A DNA stretch of 64,000 nucleotides from Amoebidium appalachense (Eukaryota; Protista; Ichthyosporea). The notes below the pieces were generated by a model that made no database searches, was not told where the DNA came from, and saw only the letters and a program-made list of their open reading frames with translations. Both the position numbers and the translations under genes were made by a program. Positions 63,755 through 64,000 of the stretch are shown one piece after another. Position 1 is the first letter of the stretch, and each line of letters starts with the position of its first letter. Where the stretch lies: positions 11,691,651 to 11,755,650 of the forward strand of contig CAVNZM010000003.1 of the NCBI GenBank assembly GCA_963693365.1, read 5' to 3'.

Positions 63755-64000
63755 CTTGACCGCCTAATCTGCTTAAACACACCAAAAACACCGTATTACC
63801 CTTGAAGAAAGTTAGACTCAAGGCAACAATTGAACGTTGAAGTGTGCCGTTGGATTCGAATGCTTTTCAATGTTCCAAGGAAGGAAAGGTCACCGAGCCG
63901 TGGGCCCGGGCTGCCTTGTCACTGAGTCAGAGTCGTGCCTGGGGCACATGCCTGCGGCCAACTTGGCTCGTGGAATGTTGGAATTGCAGGGTAGGAAATC

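Overview
Eukaryotic nuclear DNA with many GT-AG introns that are packed with (CA)n/(GT)n, (GA)n, (GGCA)n and long G/C homopolymers. Almost all long ORFs in the track are repeat artefacts. The gene content suggests a unicellular opisthokont- or holozoan-like protist, which is an inference. Six spliced genes were reconstructed by hand: a TMEM181/Wntless-like multipass protein (-, runs off the left end), a LIM-domain plus RapGAP protein (-), UTP18 (-), YME1/FtsH i-AAA protease (+), SF3A2 (-), and a CPR-like diflavin reductase (-) with an apparent mitochondrial presequence and an altered pyridine-nucleotide site. Two short TIR elements are present. The strongest unexplained pattern is that at least eight intronic tandem repeats are copies of the adjacent splice signal (donor plus exon end, branch point, or acceptor plus exon start), ranging from pristine to decayed. 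One of them could splice as in-frame 36-nt micro-exons. Exon boundaries are manual and lack transcript support.
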